Shown: positions 39,910 through 50,289, counted from the first letter of the stretch. The stretch is DNA of 64,000 nucleotides from Sumerlaeia bacterium (GCA_040219255.1 JAVJSW010000060.1:224001-288000), one strand, 5' to 3'. The notes: a model not told the origin generated them from the sequence alone. A program made the numbers and translations.

Positions 39910-40020
39910 TTCGTTTAGCACCCAAGTAAGAGGGCCTTCCCCCGGGGATCGTCCACCATCCCCGACCCGCACCCACCGAGCCCGCGACACCGCGTGCATG
40001 GCGCGGCGAACGATTGACTT

Positions 40021-41262
40021 ATGCTCCTTGGCGAAAGCGTCCGTATCGGCATCACGGAGATCCGGATGCACAAACTCCGCAGCCTGCTGACCATGCTCGG
40101 CGTGATCTTCGGTATCGCCGCCGTCATCGGCGTGTCCAGCATCGGCGCCGGCGCCGCCGCCGGGCTGAACAAGCAGCTCGCTCTCCTGGGCACCAACACC
40201 ATCCGCGTCCGCAAGGTGGAGCTGAAGGGTCCGGACGCCGTTTCGGCCCGCCGCAATTCTCCTTACGGCATGACGCTCGACGATGCCGCCGCCATCCGCG
40301 AAGTTCTGCCCAGCATCGAGTCCCTGTCCCCGATCAAGTACCGCAAGGACCTGAACGCTTTTTCCGGCGATGAAACCCTGCAAGCCGACATCGTGGGCGC
40401 CGGACCGGAGCTGCCCCAGGTGGTCGGCTATCGGATGAAGACCGGCCGGTTTATCTCGGACATCGACGAGAAGGAGGCCAAGCAGGTCGTCGTGATCGGC
40501 GCCGATGTGCGCCGCGCCGCCTTCCCCCTCGAGGACCCGGTCGGCAAGCAGCTCGTCATCGCCGGCCAACTCTACACCGTCATCGGTGTCGTCGCCGCCC
40601 GGGGTTCCGGCGGCGGGGAAACGGTGATCGACGTGGGCAACGTGGACCGGCAGATTTTCCTGCCGGTGAATACGGTGCTGCGGCGCCTTTCGCCGAATAC
40701 CGATCCGCGCGCCCACAACCTGGACGAAATCGTGATCAAGGTGGGCGACGAAGCCCTGCACGCCAGCACCGCCCAGGTGGTGGAGAATCTGCTGTCGCGG
40801 CGCCATCGCGAGGCCAAGGACTTCGAGTTGCTGATTCCGGAGGAACTGATCCGCCAGCAGCAGGAGGCGGAAGCGATCTTTCAGAACGTTCTGATTTTCG
40901 TCGCCGGGCTGAGCCTCCTGGTCGGTGGCATCGGCATCATGAACATCATGCTGGCCACCGTGACCCAGCGTACCCGCGAAATCGGCATCCGGCGCGCGCT
41001 CGGCGCGACGCGAAACGACATCCTGGGCCAGTTCCTCATCGAATCCCTCATCATCAGCCTTCTCGGCGGCGGCATCGGCATCGGCATCGGCTACGCGATG
41101 GCCGAAGGCATGGAACAGTACGTCGGCTTCGAGACGCTCATTCCCATGCAGGCGGTGGTCCTGGCGACAGGGGTTGCGGCGGGCGTGGGTTTTGTCTTCG
41201 GATTCTACCCGAGCATGAAGGCGGCGCAGCTCGATCCCATCGAAGCCCTTCGCAGCGAATAA
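40021..41262 (+). CDS. MacB/FtsX-like ABC permease
   Basis: RSLLTMLGVIFG, VGGIGIMNIML, REIGIRRALGA, LDPIEALRSE. Confidence 0.93.
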   Translation: MLLGESVRIGITEIRMHKLRSLLTMLGVIFGIAAVIGVSSIGAGAAAGLNKQLALLGTNTIRVRKVELKGPDAVSARRNSPYGMTLDDAAAIREVLPSIESLSPIKYRKDLNAFSGDETLQADIVGAGPELPQVVGYRMKTGRFISDIDEKEAKQVVVIGADVRRAAFPLEDPVGKQLVIAGQLYTVIGVVAARGSGGGETVIDVGNVDRQIFLPVNTVLRRLSPNTDPRAHNLDEIVIKVGDEALHASTAQVVENLLSRRHREAKDFELLIPEELIRQQQEAEAIFQNVLIFVAGLSLLVGGIGIMNIMLATVTQRTREIGIRRALGATRNDILGQFLIESLIISLLGGGIGIGIGYAMAEGMEQYVGFETLIPMQAVVLATGVAAGVGFVFGFYPSMKAAQLDPIEALRSE

Positions 41263-41354
41263 GTCGGACTCGCGCAATACGCTTTCGTTGTTAGACTTGC
41301 TCCGGGGATTTCCATGCTCCAAACTATCCGTCAACTGGAGCGAAGGATAGACCC

Positions 41355-42506
41355 GTGAACTGGAAAGTTCCCCTCACCACGATCCGCCTCGGCGACGAAG
41401 AAAAAGAAGCGGTTTGCCGTGTTCTCGACAGTGGCTGGCTCGCCATGGGCCCCGAAGTCGAGGCCTTCGAGCACGAGTTCGCCGCCGCCCACGCCGCCCA
41501 ATTCGCCGTCGCCTGCTCCAATGGGACCGACGCGCTCGCCATGGCCTACGACGCCATGGGCGCGGACCGCGGCGATGAAGTCGCCATGCCGGCGCTGACG
41601 TTTGTGGCATCCCTCAATGTGGCGCTGCGCCGCGGCGAGCAACCCATCCTGGTCGATATCGCCGCCGAGGACGATCTCACTCTGTCGCCCGCCGACCTGG
41701 CCACCAAGATCACCCCGCGCACCCGCCTCATCGTTTCCATGCCCTACGGCGGCTATCCGCCTGACATGGAGAGCCTGCGCCGCATCGCCGACCATCACAG
41801 CATTCCCCTCATCGAGGACGCCTGCCACGCCCCCCTGGTCAAATACCAGGACCGCTACATCGGCACCTTTGGCGACGCCGGTTGCTTCAGCTTCTTCACG
41901 AACAAGAACATCACCACCGGCGAAGGCGGCATGATCCTGACCAACGACCGCGCCATCGCCGAGCGCGTCCGCCTCATGCGCAACCACGGCATGACCCGCA
42001 CCACCCGCGATCATTACGAGGGTGCCTTCAATCAGTACGACGTCCTCGTCGCCGGCCACAACTTCCGGATGGACGAAATGCGCGCCGCCATCGGGCGGGT
42101 CCAGCTCCGTAAGCTGCCCGAATTCAATCGCAAGCGCCGCGAAATCAGCGCCCGCATCCGCACCCTGATCCAGGAAAAATGCCCCGACCTCATCTTCCCC
42201 AACGTCGGACTGCGCGACACCGGCGCCAGCCACCACCTCCTCGCCGCCATCCTGCCCAAGAGCGGCCCCTCACGCGAAACCTTCATGCGCCGCATGACCC
42301 AGCACGGCATCCAGACCAGCGTCCACTATCGCCCCCTGCACCAGTTCAACCACACCCTCGGCATCTGGAGCGATCCCCCGCGCCTGCCCAACCTGGAAGC
42401 TATCGCCGACCGTCTCGTCACCCTCCCCCTCGGCCCCGATTTCACCGATGAGCAGGTGGAACTAGTGGCCAAGGCGGCGGTGATGTCGTTGGGCGGGGGG
42501 AGCTAG
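41355..42506 (+). CDS. DegT/DnrJ/EryC1/StrS sugar aminotransferase
   Basis: SNGTDAL, IEDACHA, FSFFTNKNITTGEGG, NFRMDE. Confidence 0.93.
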   Translation: MNWKVPLTTIRLGDEEKEAVCRVLDSGWLAMGPEVEAFEHEFAAAHAAQFAVACSNGTDALAMAYDAMGADRGDEVAMPALTFVASLNVALRRGEQPILVDIAAEDDLTLSPADLATKITPRTRLIVSMPYGGYPPDMESLRRIADHHSIPLIEDACHAPLVKYQDRYIGTFGDAGCFSFFTNKNITTGEGGMILTNDRAIAERVRLMRNHGMTRTTRDHYEGAFNQYDVLVAGHNFRMDEMRAAIGRVQLRKLPEFNRKRREISARIRTLIQEKCPDLIFPNVGLRDTGASHHLLAAILPKSGPSRETFMRRMTQHGIQTSVHYRPLHQFNHTLGIWSDPPRLPNLEAIADRLVTLPLGPDFTDEQVELVAKAAVMSLGGGS

Positions 42507-42925
42507 AGCCAGAGTTGGCTGAGCCGGATGGTCACGCCGGGGATGCTGGAAAGCTCTTCCACGGAGGTATCATCCAGTGTCTTGATCTCGCCATACTTGC
42601 CGTCTGATCCGAGACGATGCACGAAGGTGGTGCGAGAGACCGGATTGATGACCCAGTACTCCGTGACCCCGTGCCGTTCATAGAGATCGCGTTTCTCGAC
42701 TCGGTCGTTCAAAATGGAAAGCGGACAAAGGACCTCCGCGATGAAGTCGGGAGCGCCCACCATGCCGTCATCCCGCAGTTTCGCATCATCGGAAACGACC
42801 AAGACATCGGGCTGGAGGACGGTGCTGGCTCGGTCTTCATGCTCCCCCTCCTCCCTCAATCTTGCCAGAATCCTGCCTCCCGCTCCGATTTCCCGCAAGA
42901 GGTCTTGTGTTCTCCTTTCGACCAT
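42503..42925 (-). pseudogene. Uma2 family endonuclease, apparently N-terminally truncated
   Basis: LQPDVLVV, GAPDFIAEV, EKRDLYERHGVTEYWVINP; the usual N-terminal E(L/I)IDG/His segment is absent. Confidence 0.65.
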
Positions 42926-42971
42926 TGGTAAAGGAAACCGCCTCATTTCGGGAGAAGCGCCCCAGCCCCCC

Positions 42972-43895
42972 ATGCCACCAGCACCCATGCCACCAGCCCC
43001 CGTCCAAGCCCATCTGACCGAACTGCTCGAACCGCAGCTCATCGCCAAGCTCGACCAGCTCGAGGTGCTGTCGCGCAAGATTTTCCGCTCGCGCCAGAAG
43101 GGCGAGCGCCGCAGCCGCCGCAAGGGCACCAGCATCGAGTTCGCCGATTACCGCGAGTACGTCCCGGGAGACGACACGCGCTATCTCGACTGGAACATCT
43201 TCGGGCGCCTGGAACGCCTCTACATCAAGCTCTTCTTCGAGGAAGAGGACCTCTCCTTCTACGTCCTGGTCGATACCAGCGCCTCGATGAATTTCGGCGA
43301 GCCCATGACGAAGTTCGAGTACGCGCGCAAGCTGGCCGCCGCGCTCGGGTACGTGGCCCTCAAGAACCAGGACAAATTCGGCGTCACCCAGGTCGGCAAC
43401 CGCGCCGAGAGCCGCTTCCGCCCCGTGCGCGGCAAGGGCCAGCTCGGCAAACTGCTCAACTACCTCTCGGCCCTCGAACCGAAATCCGGCACGAACCTCG
43501 TCGAGGGCTGCCGCGACTTCGTTTACCAGAACACTCAGCCCGGCATCGTCGTCCTCATCAGCGACTTCCTGGACGACCGCGGCTACGAGGACGCCCTCAA
43601 ACATTTCTTCATGCGCAACTACGATGTGTACTGCATCCAGGTCCTTTCGCCCGAGGAACGCGACCCCACCACCGTCGGCCACCTGACGCTGGAGGACGCG
43701 GAAACGGGCGAGCGCCAGGACGTGACCCTGACCGAGGGCATGCTGAAGCAGTACAAGGCGACGGTGGAAGCCTTCTGCGGCGGCCTGCGAGATTGGTGCA
43801 CGGGGCGCGGCATGACCTATCTGGCCACCACGACGGATGTGCCGCTGGAAACGGCTTTGATGAATTATCTGCGCCAGAGGGGGCTGCTCCGCTAA
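42972..43895 (+). CDS. DUF58 domain protein
   Basis: GTSIEFADYREYVPGDDTRYLDWN, DTSASM, ISDF. Confidence 0.93.
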   Translation: MPPAPMPPAPVQAHLTELLEPQLIAKLDQLEVLSRKIFRSRQKGERRSRRKGTSIEFADYREYVPGDDTRYLDWNIFGRLERLYIKLFFEEEDLSFYVLVDTSASMNFGEPMTKFEYARKLAAALGYVALKNQDKFGVTQVGNRAESRFRPVRGKGQLGKLLNYLSALEPKSGTNLVEGCRDFVYQNTQPGIVVLISDFLDDRGYEDALKHFFMRNYDVYCIQVLSPEERDPTTVGHLTLEDAETGERQDVTLTEGMLKQYKATVEAFCGGLRDWCTGRGMTYLATTTDVPLETALMNYLRQRGLLR

Positions 43896-43898
43896 CTC

Positions 43899-45779
43899 AT
43901 GTCCTTCCTAGCGAACCCCTGGCTCTGGGGGCTTTTCGGGCTCCTGCCGGTCATCGTCATCATGTACTTGCTCAAGCTCAAGCGCCGCCGCGTGCTGGTG
44001 CCGAGCACGCTGCTGTGGCGGCGCTCCGTGCAGGACATGATCGCCAATTCGCCGTTTCAGAAAATGCGCAACAACCTGCTCATGTGGTTGCAGTTACTTC
44101 TGCTCGCCCTGCTGATTCTGGCGTTCCTGCGGCCCGTGATGAAGCTCGAGAACCTGCGCGGCACCCGGCTCATTCTGCTGATCGACATTTCCGCCTCCAT
44201 GCAGACCGAGGAAGAGGACGGGCGCACGCGTCTGGAAATCGCCCAGGACGCCGCCCTCGACGCCATCGCGAGCCTGAAATCCGAAGACGAAGTCGCCATC
44301 TACACCTTCTCGAACCGCGTCCAGCCGATCCAGACGCTGACCAGCGATCTCGACATCGCCCGCACCGCCGTGCGCGGCATCGCGGCCCAGGACACGCACA
44401 CAACCCTCGCCGAGGCGGGCCTGCTCCTCCAGGGACTGACCGCCACCCGCGGCCCCGATGGCGTCTTCCAGCCCCTGGAAAACGCCAAGACCGTCATCCT
44501 CAGCGACGGCGCCATCGCGGGTACCGACTCGCTCGCCGACGTGCCCAACGTGGAATTCGTGCGCATCGGCACCACCACCGACAACATGGGCATCACGGCG
44601 GTGGATGTGCGCGAGTCCTTCGCCGGCGACTTCGAATACCAGATCTTCGTATCCGTCACCAATTCTTCGGCTGAAGAAAAGGAAGCCTACATCGAACTCC
44701 AGGCCGACGGCGAAGTCCTCGATCTGAAAGCCGCTGCCGTGCCACCGGGGGGAACCTCCGGCGTGGTGTTCTCGACCGGCGAAATCCTCGACGGTATCGC
44801 GACGATCCGTCTCGATGGAGAGGACGCCCTGTCCCTCGACAACACCGCCCGCGTCCGCATCCAGCCCCCCACCGACATCAGCATCCTGGTGGTTTCCAAC
44901 GGCAACTTCTTTATTGAGCAAGCCCTCAGCGTGGACCCCCGCGTCAAAGTCAGCCGCATTTCCCCCGCTGGCTACACCCCCAGCGAAGAATACGACATCG
45001 TCATCTTCGACAACGCCACATCGGGCGAGCTGCCCCCCGGCAACTTCGTCTTTATCAACAGTCTGCCCCCGCTCGAAACGTTCGCCGAGGGCGCCGAAAA
45101 TGTCAGCAATCCCCGCATTATCGACTGGAACCGGGTCCATCCGCTGACCCGCTACGTGAATTTCGAGGACGTCCTGATCGGCCAGGCCATGGACATCGCC
45201 GCCCCGCGCGCCGCGTTGCCGATCCTGCAGGCGGTCGAGACGGACCTGATCACCCTGACCGAGACGGAAACACAGAAGTTCCTCGTGATCGGCTTTGATG
45301 TCTTCAAGAGCTATTGGCCCGTCGATGTTTCGTTCCCTATTTTCATCGCTAACATGATCGACTATTTTTCGCGGTCCGGGTCGGGGATTCTTCGGCCCAG
45401 CTACTCCACCGGCGAGACCATCGCCCTGATTCCCGGGCGCGAGGACACGAAAGTCACCGTCACCACACCCGCCGGCGAGACGCTCGATTTTCCCCTCGAA
45501 GGCATCAGCACGGCCTACCTGACCGAGACTTCGCGGGCCGGCATTTACAGTGCCAGCTACGACTCCCGGGCGGTGGTGGACTTGCTGCCGGTGAACATGC
45601 TCTCCTTCGATGAAACGATCATCGCGCCGCGCGAGTCCCTGGTCGTGGGCGGCAGCGAAATTATCGGCAGCGACGAAAAGGTCCGCACCGATCAGGAAGT
45701 CTGGCACTGGTTCGTTCTGGCGGCCTTGGGAATCCTGATGGTGGAATGGGCGATTTATTGTCGCAGGACTTTTATGTAA
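43899..45779 (+). CDS. BatA-like N-terminal double-TM vWA protein
   Basis: MSFLANP.LWGL..LPVIVIMYLLK...PSTLLW; DISASM MIDAS; LSDG; C-terminal TM with EW. Confidence 0.9.
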   Translation: MSFLANPWLWGLFGLLPVIVIMYLLKLKRRRVLVPSTLLWRRSVQDMIANSPFQKMRNNLLMWLQLLLLALLILAFLRPVMKLENLRGTRLILLIDISASMQTEEEDGRTRLEIAQDAALDAIASLKSEDEVAIYTFSNRVQPIQTLTSDLDIARTAVRGIAAQDTHTTLAEAGLLLQGLTATRGPDGVFQPLENAKTVILSDGAIAGTDSLADVPNVEFVRIGTTTDNMGITAVDVRESFAGDFEYQIFVSVTNSSAEEKEAYIELQADGEVLDLKAAAVPPGGTSGVVFSTGEILDGIATIRLDGEDALSLDNTARVRIQPPTDISILVVSNGNFFIEQALSVDPRVKVSRISPAGYTPSEEYDIVIFDNATSGELPPGNFVFINSLPPLETFAEGAENVSNPRIIDWNRVHPLTRYVNFEDVLIGQAMDIAAPRAALPILQAVETDLITLTETETQKFLVIGFDVFKSYWPVDVSFPIFIANMIDYFSRSGSGILRPSYSTGETIALIPGREDTKVTVTTPAGETLDFPLEGISTAYLTETSRAGIYSASYDSRAVVDLLPVNMLSFDETIIAPRESLVVGGSEIIGSDEKVRTDQEVWHWFVLAALGILMVEWAIYCRRTFM

Positions 45780-45881
45780 TTCTGAATAGTCTTTGGCCGA
45801 AGTTCGATTCAGATTGAAACGCCCTGCCCGCCTCGCTAGCCCTGCTTAGCTCTTATCCCCCCTTCTTTAAAGGACCAAGAG

Positions 45882-46556
45882 ATGCCAAGCTCTCGAAGGC
45901 TGGCCGGGCTCCTCTGTGTGACCCTGGCCGCCATCTCTTCCTCCGCCCAATCCCCATCGCTGCCCGGCGACGCCAACGGCGATGGGGTCCTGGACGTGGC
46001 CGATCTCGAACGGCTCGAACTCCACTTCTCCGGCGCCAATCCGCTTCCCGCAGGCACCCTTGCCTGCCTGGACGCGGACAATGACGGACAGGTGACCCGC
46101 TCCGACTTCGACGCCCTCCGCACCGCTCTTCTTGAGCACCAACCCTTTCCCGCCACCTGCCCCACGCCCACCCCGACCATGACCCCCACGGTCACGGCGT
46201 CGCCGACGCCCACGCCGACGTTGACCCCGACGCCGACGCCCGAGCCCGGGGATCTGGTGGTCCTCTCGCTTGCGGCCGTCAGCTACTATCGGCAAGCCGA
46301 CCCTCGGGACCTCAACGACCGGGAGCAAGCGGTCGAAGCCCACCCCGCCTCCTTCTGGCGTCCCACCACGCTCGATACGCCACGCGAGTCCCAAACCGTC
46401 TTCAATCCAACGTCTTACCTTCGTCCCACCACGCTCGAAGCGCCACGCGAGACCCAGACCGTCTTTGGCCCAACGTCCTACGTTCGCTTCGCCCCCTTCG
46501 TTCCGTCTGGCACAAACACTCTTCAAACCAACGCCCCCAGCTTCGATCGCCCCTAA
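45882..46556 (+). CDS. Secreted dockerin-type protein with Pro/Thr linker and C-terminal repeats
   Basis: GDANGDGVLDVAD...DADNDGQVTRSD paired Ca loops; PT-rich linker; 21-aa repeats. Confidence 0.75.
   Translation: MPSSRRLAGLLCVTLAAISSSAQSPSLPGDANGDGVLDVADLERLELHFSGANPLPAGTLACLDADNDGQVTRSDFDALRTALLEHQPFPATCPTPTPTMTPTVTASPTPTPTLTPTPTPEPGDLVVLSLAAVSYYRQADPRDLNDREQAVEAHPASFWRPTTLDTPRESQTVFNPTSYLRPTTLEAPRETQTVFGPTSYVRFAPFVPSGTNTLQTNAPSFDRP
46359..46484 (+). repeat. 63-bp tandem repeat (2 copies) in coding sequence
   Basis: CGTCCCACCACGCTCGA... at 46359 and 46422. Confidence 0.85.
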
Positions 46557-46578
46557 CTTCCCAAAGGTCCCAACACCA

Positions 46579-47889
46579 ATGATTCGCAAGTCTTTCTCTC
46601 ACACCAAAACCCTCGTCGCCGGACTCGCGGCGGCGCTCCTGGCCGGTTCGGCCTTCGCCCAATTCGTCAGCGGAAGCAACGGCGAGGACGGCGAATTGCT
46701 CGTCGCCTCGAACATGACCCTGCCACTGCAAGACGACGGCGTGCATGAATACACCACCATCACCATCGAAGCCGGCGCGACACTGACCATCTCGCCGAAC
46801 GCGAACAACACCCCGGTCTTTTTCCTGGCCAGCGGCCCCATCGTGGTCAACGGCACGATCAACGTGGCCGGGGCCAACGGGTTGCAACCAAGCAACACCG
46901 CCCCCTCCGTACCTGGAAACGAGGCGGACGGCGGCGCCGGGGGCTATGCGGGAGGTCTCGGCGCTCTGCCTGTTCCACTTGGCGGCGACGGGATTGCAAC
47001 GTCCGGTCAGGGACCAGGCGGTGGACTTGCGTCCCTGAGTATCGGGGCGACGATAGGCAGAGCAGGTAACGGTGGCAGCCATCGCGCGGCAGGCGGCATC
47101 GGTTCCGGGAGCGAACAGCCCGCGGCGCCAACTTATGGCGATCCACTCTTGCAAACGCTGCGCGGCGGCTCCGGCGGCGCGGGCAGCAATTATCAAGCCA
47201 CTCAAGAGGGGACGCGTTCTAGCGGCGGCGGCGGCGGCGGCGGCGGCGCCATCCTGCTCGCCAGTTCCGACTCCATCACGATCGACGGGATCGTGGACGC
47301 CCGCGGTGGAAACGGGGGAGGCGGTGTCTTTTCCGATGGAGGTGGATCCAGTGGAGCCGGAGGTGGCGCCGGCGGAGCCATCCGCGTCGTCGCGGATACC
47401 GTTTCCGGCACGGGGCAGTTGCTGGCCAGCGGTGGAGCAGCCGGCGCTGGAACAAGCATCGGGGGTGCCGGTGGCAATGGATGGATCCGCATCGAAACCT
47501 TCGCCGTGTCCGGGACGCTCCCGGCGAATTCGCGGCCCGGTCCGCTCTCCGGCGCGCCTAACCCCGTCGTCCGGCCCGGCGATGCAAACCTGCCTTCCTT
47601 CCGTATCGTCTCCATCGGCGGCATCGACGTGCCCGAGCCCGCCAGCGGAAGCCTCGCCGCCCCCGACGTAATCTTCACGCCCCAGACCCCGAGCACCGTG
47701 ACCATCGTCATCGAAACCGAAAACATCCCCGACGGCGCGATCATCAACCTGCGTATTCCCCTCGAAACGGGTGAAGTCCTCACCGTTTCCACCCCTCCCG
47801 TGGTGAACGATGGAACCAGTGTGGATGTGATGATCCCGAACGGCTTTGGCGTGATTTACGGCTCGGCGGAGTTCAATCCCACTCGCTAA
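46579..47889 (+). CDS. Secreted glycine-rich protein
   Basis: Signal peptide ending AFA; GGSGG, GGGGGGA, GGAGGAIR repeats alternating with beta strands. Confidence 0.75.
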   Translation: MIRKSFSHTKTLVAGLAAALLAGSAFAQFVSGSNGEDGELLVASNMTLPLQDDGVHEYTTITIEAGATLTISPNANNTPVFFLASGPIVVNGTINVAGANGLQPSNTAPSVPGNEADGGAGGYAGGLGALPVPLGGDGIATSGQGPGGGLASLSIGATIGRAGNGGSHRAAGGIGSGSEQPAAPTYGDPLLQTLRGGSGGAGSNYQATQEGTRSSGGGGGGGGAILLASSDSITIDGIVDARGGNGGGGVFSDGGGSSGAGGGAGGAIRVVADTVSGTGQLLASGGAAGAGTSIGGAGGNGWIRIETFAVSGTLPANSRPGPLSGAPNPVVRPGDANLPSFRIVSIGGIDVPEPASGSLAAPDVIFTPQTPSTVTIVIETENIPDGAIINLRIPLETGEVLTVSTPPVVNDGTSVDVMIPNGFGVIYGSAEFNPTR

Positions 47890-47943
47890 TCGCCAGCCCG
47901 CGCGCGAAACTTGCGGTGGAATTCTCTGGAAAGGAGAACTCCT

Positions 47944-48636
47944 ATGAGCCGCCAACCCTCGCGCACTTCCACAGAACCCGCCTTCGTCGACCGGGTCGAC
48001 GCGGGACGCCGCCTGAGCGAGGAATGCCACGCCTATGGAGGGCCGGAGACCTTGGTCCTGGCCCTGCCGCGCGGGGGCGTTCCCGTCGGGGCCGAGGTGG
48101 CCGCCGAACTCGGTGGGACCCTCGATGTCCTGATTGTCCGGAAGGTCGGCCTCCCCGGCCAGCGTGAACTCGCCATGGGCGCCGTCGCCAGCGGCGGCGT
48201 CCAGATCACCAACCGTGCCATCGTCCGCCAGAGCGGCATTCGCCCGGAGGATTTCGACGCCGCGGCCCGCCGCGAGCTGGTCGAACTCGAACGGCGTGAA
48301 GCCCGCTATCGGGGCAAGCGCCCCTTCCCCACCTTGCGCAATCGCACTGTGATCCTGGTGGACGATGGCCTCGCCACCGGCGCCACGATGTACGCCGCCA
48401 CGGAAGCGGTTCGTCAACTCGGCGCCGAGCAATTGGTGGTGGCCACGCCAGTGACATCGCGCCAGGCGCGTCAGGCGATCCAACCCCATGTCGATGATTT
48501 CATCAGCCTGATCGAACCCGAGGAGTTTCTTGCCGTCGGCTACTGGTACGCCGATTTCCCGCAGGTCAGCGACCAGGAAGTGATGGCGATTCTGGAGGAC
48601 TGGCAGCGTCCTCAGGGGCGAGCCACGCGCGGATGA
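47944..48636 (+). CDS. Phosphoribosyltransferase family protein
   Basis: FVDRVDAG, LALPRGGVPV, VILVDDGLATG, VGYWY.DF.QV. Confidence 0.9.
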   Translation: MSRQPSRTSTEPAFVDRVDAGRRLSEECHAYGGPETLVLALPRGGVPVGAEVAAELGGTLDVLIVRKVGLPGQRELAMGAVASGGVQITNRAIVRQSGIRPEDFDAAARRELVELERREARYRGKRPFPTLRNRTVILVDDGLATGATMYAATEAVRQLGAEQLVVATPVTSRQARQAIQPHVDDFISLIEPEEFLAVGYWYADFPQVSDQEVMAILEDWQRPQGRATRG

Positions 48637-49624
48637 CGAATTCGGCGGGCTTTCCGCGCGGAGAATAGCCGCGCTCGGGCTGGGTCTCAAAGCCGAGCCA
48701 CTTGTAGAAAAACACCCCGCCCAACTCCGGCCGGCCATCCCAGGCCGAGATAAACGCCTGATACGCCCGGGCTTGCTCGCGCAGGTCGGGCGGATTCTTC
48801 AGCGTGTAATCCCACGGATACACCGCGCCACCATCGAGCGACGGGTAGCCCACCTCCGTCAGCAGCAGCGGCAGGTGGTCGAGGGCCTGCTCGCGCCGCC
48901 ACTCCAGGATGTCGCTCCGGAAGATGCGCCAAGCGCTGTCCAGCGCCGCCTGATCGGCATTCTGGTCCTTCGTCAATTCGTAATAGGACGATAGTCCGAT
49001 GGCGTCCAACCGATCCCACCATAATTCTGGCCCGAAGAGGTGATCCCAGTTACAGGAGTAAGTCAGCGAGGTGGCGGCGCATTCCGCGCGCACGGCGGAA
49101 ATCGTTTCTTCCCATTGCTCAGCGTAGATTTCCAGGGAGGAGAACTCGCTGCCGATGCTAACCCAATCACAGTTTTCCTCATTCGCGATCCGAGCATAGT
49201 GAAGTATCCACGATCGATAATCTTCGAACCAGGCATCCAGGTCCGCCGGCGCCATATTGCCCCGCCATTCGTCGGGCCCGGGCGATTCGAGGAGCACGAT
49301 GGGGAACAGCAGCGTCGCCATGCCGCGCGCGTGGCATTGGCGGATCGTGCGGCGCAGGGCGTTGTCCGGTATGGTGCGCCCGGCCTTGCGGTAGATTTCG
49401 GTCGAGGTGCCGTTCTCCTGAAGCAGCACCACTGTCAGGTTCACCGCGTTGACGCCCAGGGCCCCCAACTCGTCGATGGCGAACCCGTAATCGAAATCCG
49501 GGTCCGCGGCGTAGAGGGGCAGCACCGCGCCGCGCAGCTCGGGCGGCTGGGCGGGGAGCGGCGCGCTCTGAGTGAAAACCCACATAAGGGCCAGAAAGGC
49601 CATTATTCCCCGGCGCGCTCTCAT
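48566..49624 (-). CDS. Glycoside hydrolase family 113-like secreted protein
   Basis: WRG, WFEDY, IGSE, TYSCNWD, LDAIGLSSYY, LTEVGY; ATGA overlap with HAD gene. Confidence 0.75.
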   Translation of the reverse strand: MRARRGIMAFLALMWVFTQSAPLPAQPPELRGAVLPLYAADPDFDYGFAIDELGALGVNAVNLTVVLLQENGTSTEIYRKAGRTIPDNALRRTIRQCHARGMATLLFPIVLLESPGPDEWRGNMAPADLDAWFEDYRSWILHYARIANEENCDWVSIGSEFSSLEIYAEQWEETISAVRAECAATSLTYSCNWDHLFGPELWWDRLDAIGLSSYYELTKDQNADQAALDSAWRIFRSDILEWRREQALDHLPLLLTEVGYPSLDGGAVYPWDYTLKNPPDLREQARAYQAFISAWDGRPELGGVFFYKWLGFETQPERGYSPRGKPAEFVIRAWLAPEDAASPPESPSLPGR

Positions 49625-50289
49625 CCCCGGGCGCCCGCCGAGAGTTCCTCGATCAGCGAGTCGAGGGTTCGCTCGGCCATGGACTCGAGAACGAAATCGG
49701 CCATGGAAAAATCCAGCCGCCGCGTGATGCCGTTGGGGATGATGGCCACGTGCATGCCCGCCGCCTTGGCCGCCACGAGGCCGTTGCGCGAGTCCTCGAA
49801 GACCAGGCAATTCCGCGGCGCGACGTTCAGGCGTTCCGCCGCCAGGAAAAACAGCGCTGGGTCCGGCTTGGTCTTTTCCACCTCGTCGCCGGTGGCGAAT
49901 TGCTCGAAATGCGCGATCAGGCCAAGGCGCTCCAGGTGCCCCGTGACCCATTCGCGGCCGCTGCTGCTGGCGACGCCCCGGCGCAGGCCCCGGGCCACCA
50001 CGGAGGCGATCATCTCAGGTACGCCGGGCCGGGGCGGCGAGGCCTCGATGCGTGGCAGGTAGCGGGCCTTCACCTCAGCCACGATGGCGTCGCGGTCGAT
50101 GGGGGCGCCGGTTTTTTCTTCCATGTAGCGATAGACGTCGAAGTGGTCCGACGACCCGACGATGTTGGCCCAGACATCGATGGGCAGTTCGGCGCCGCGA
50201 TCGCGGAAAAGTTCGGCGAAAATCTCGTAGGTCGGCGTCTCCGTGTCCAGAATCAGCCCATCGAAATCGAAAATCACAGCTTCAATCAT
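49621..50289 (-). CDS. HAD family phosphatase
   Basis: FDFDGLILDTE, ASSS, KPDP, FEDS.NG. Confidence 0.93.
   Translation of the reverse strand: MIEAVIFDFDGLILDTETPTYEIFAELFRDRGAELPIDVWANIVGSSDHFDVYRYMEEKTGAPIDRDAIVAEVKARYLPRIEASPPRPGVPEMIASVVARGLRRGVASSSGREWVTGHLERLGLIAHFEQFATGDEVEKTKPDPALFFLAAERLNVAPRNCLVFEDSRNGLVAAKAAGMHVAIIPNGITRRLDFSMADFVLESMAERTLDSLIEELSAGARG

Noticed and set aside
42969-42998. 15-bp tandem repeat (CCCATGCCACCAGC) at DUF58 start
   Set aside because: Two copies only; simple local duplication that merely makes the start codon ambiguous.
47224-47247. (GGC)n run as a phase-variable tract
   Set aside because: In-frame triplet encoding poly-Gly in a Gly-rich protein.
48566-48636. 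71-bp convergent overlap of PRTase and GH113-like genes
   Set aside because: Both 3' ends are low-complexity tails; common in GC-rich genomes.
46402-48738. 778-aa minus-strand ORF and similar long antisense ORFs (e.g. 59620-61935, 7035-9206, 49750-51600, 39532-41334)
   Set aside because: Shadow frames of well-supported genes in high-GC DNA; no recognisable motifs.
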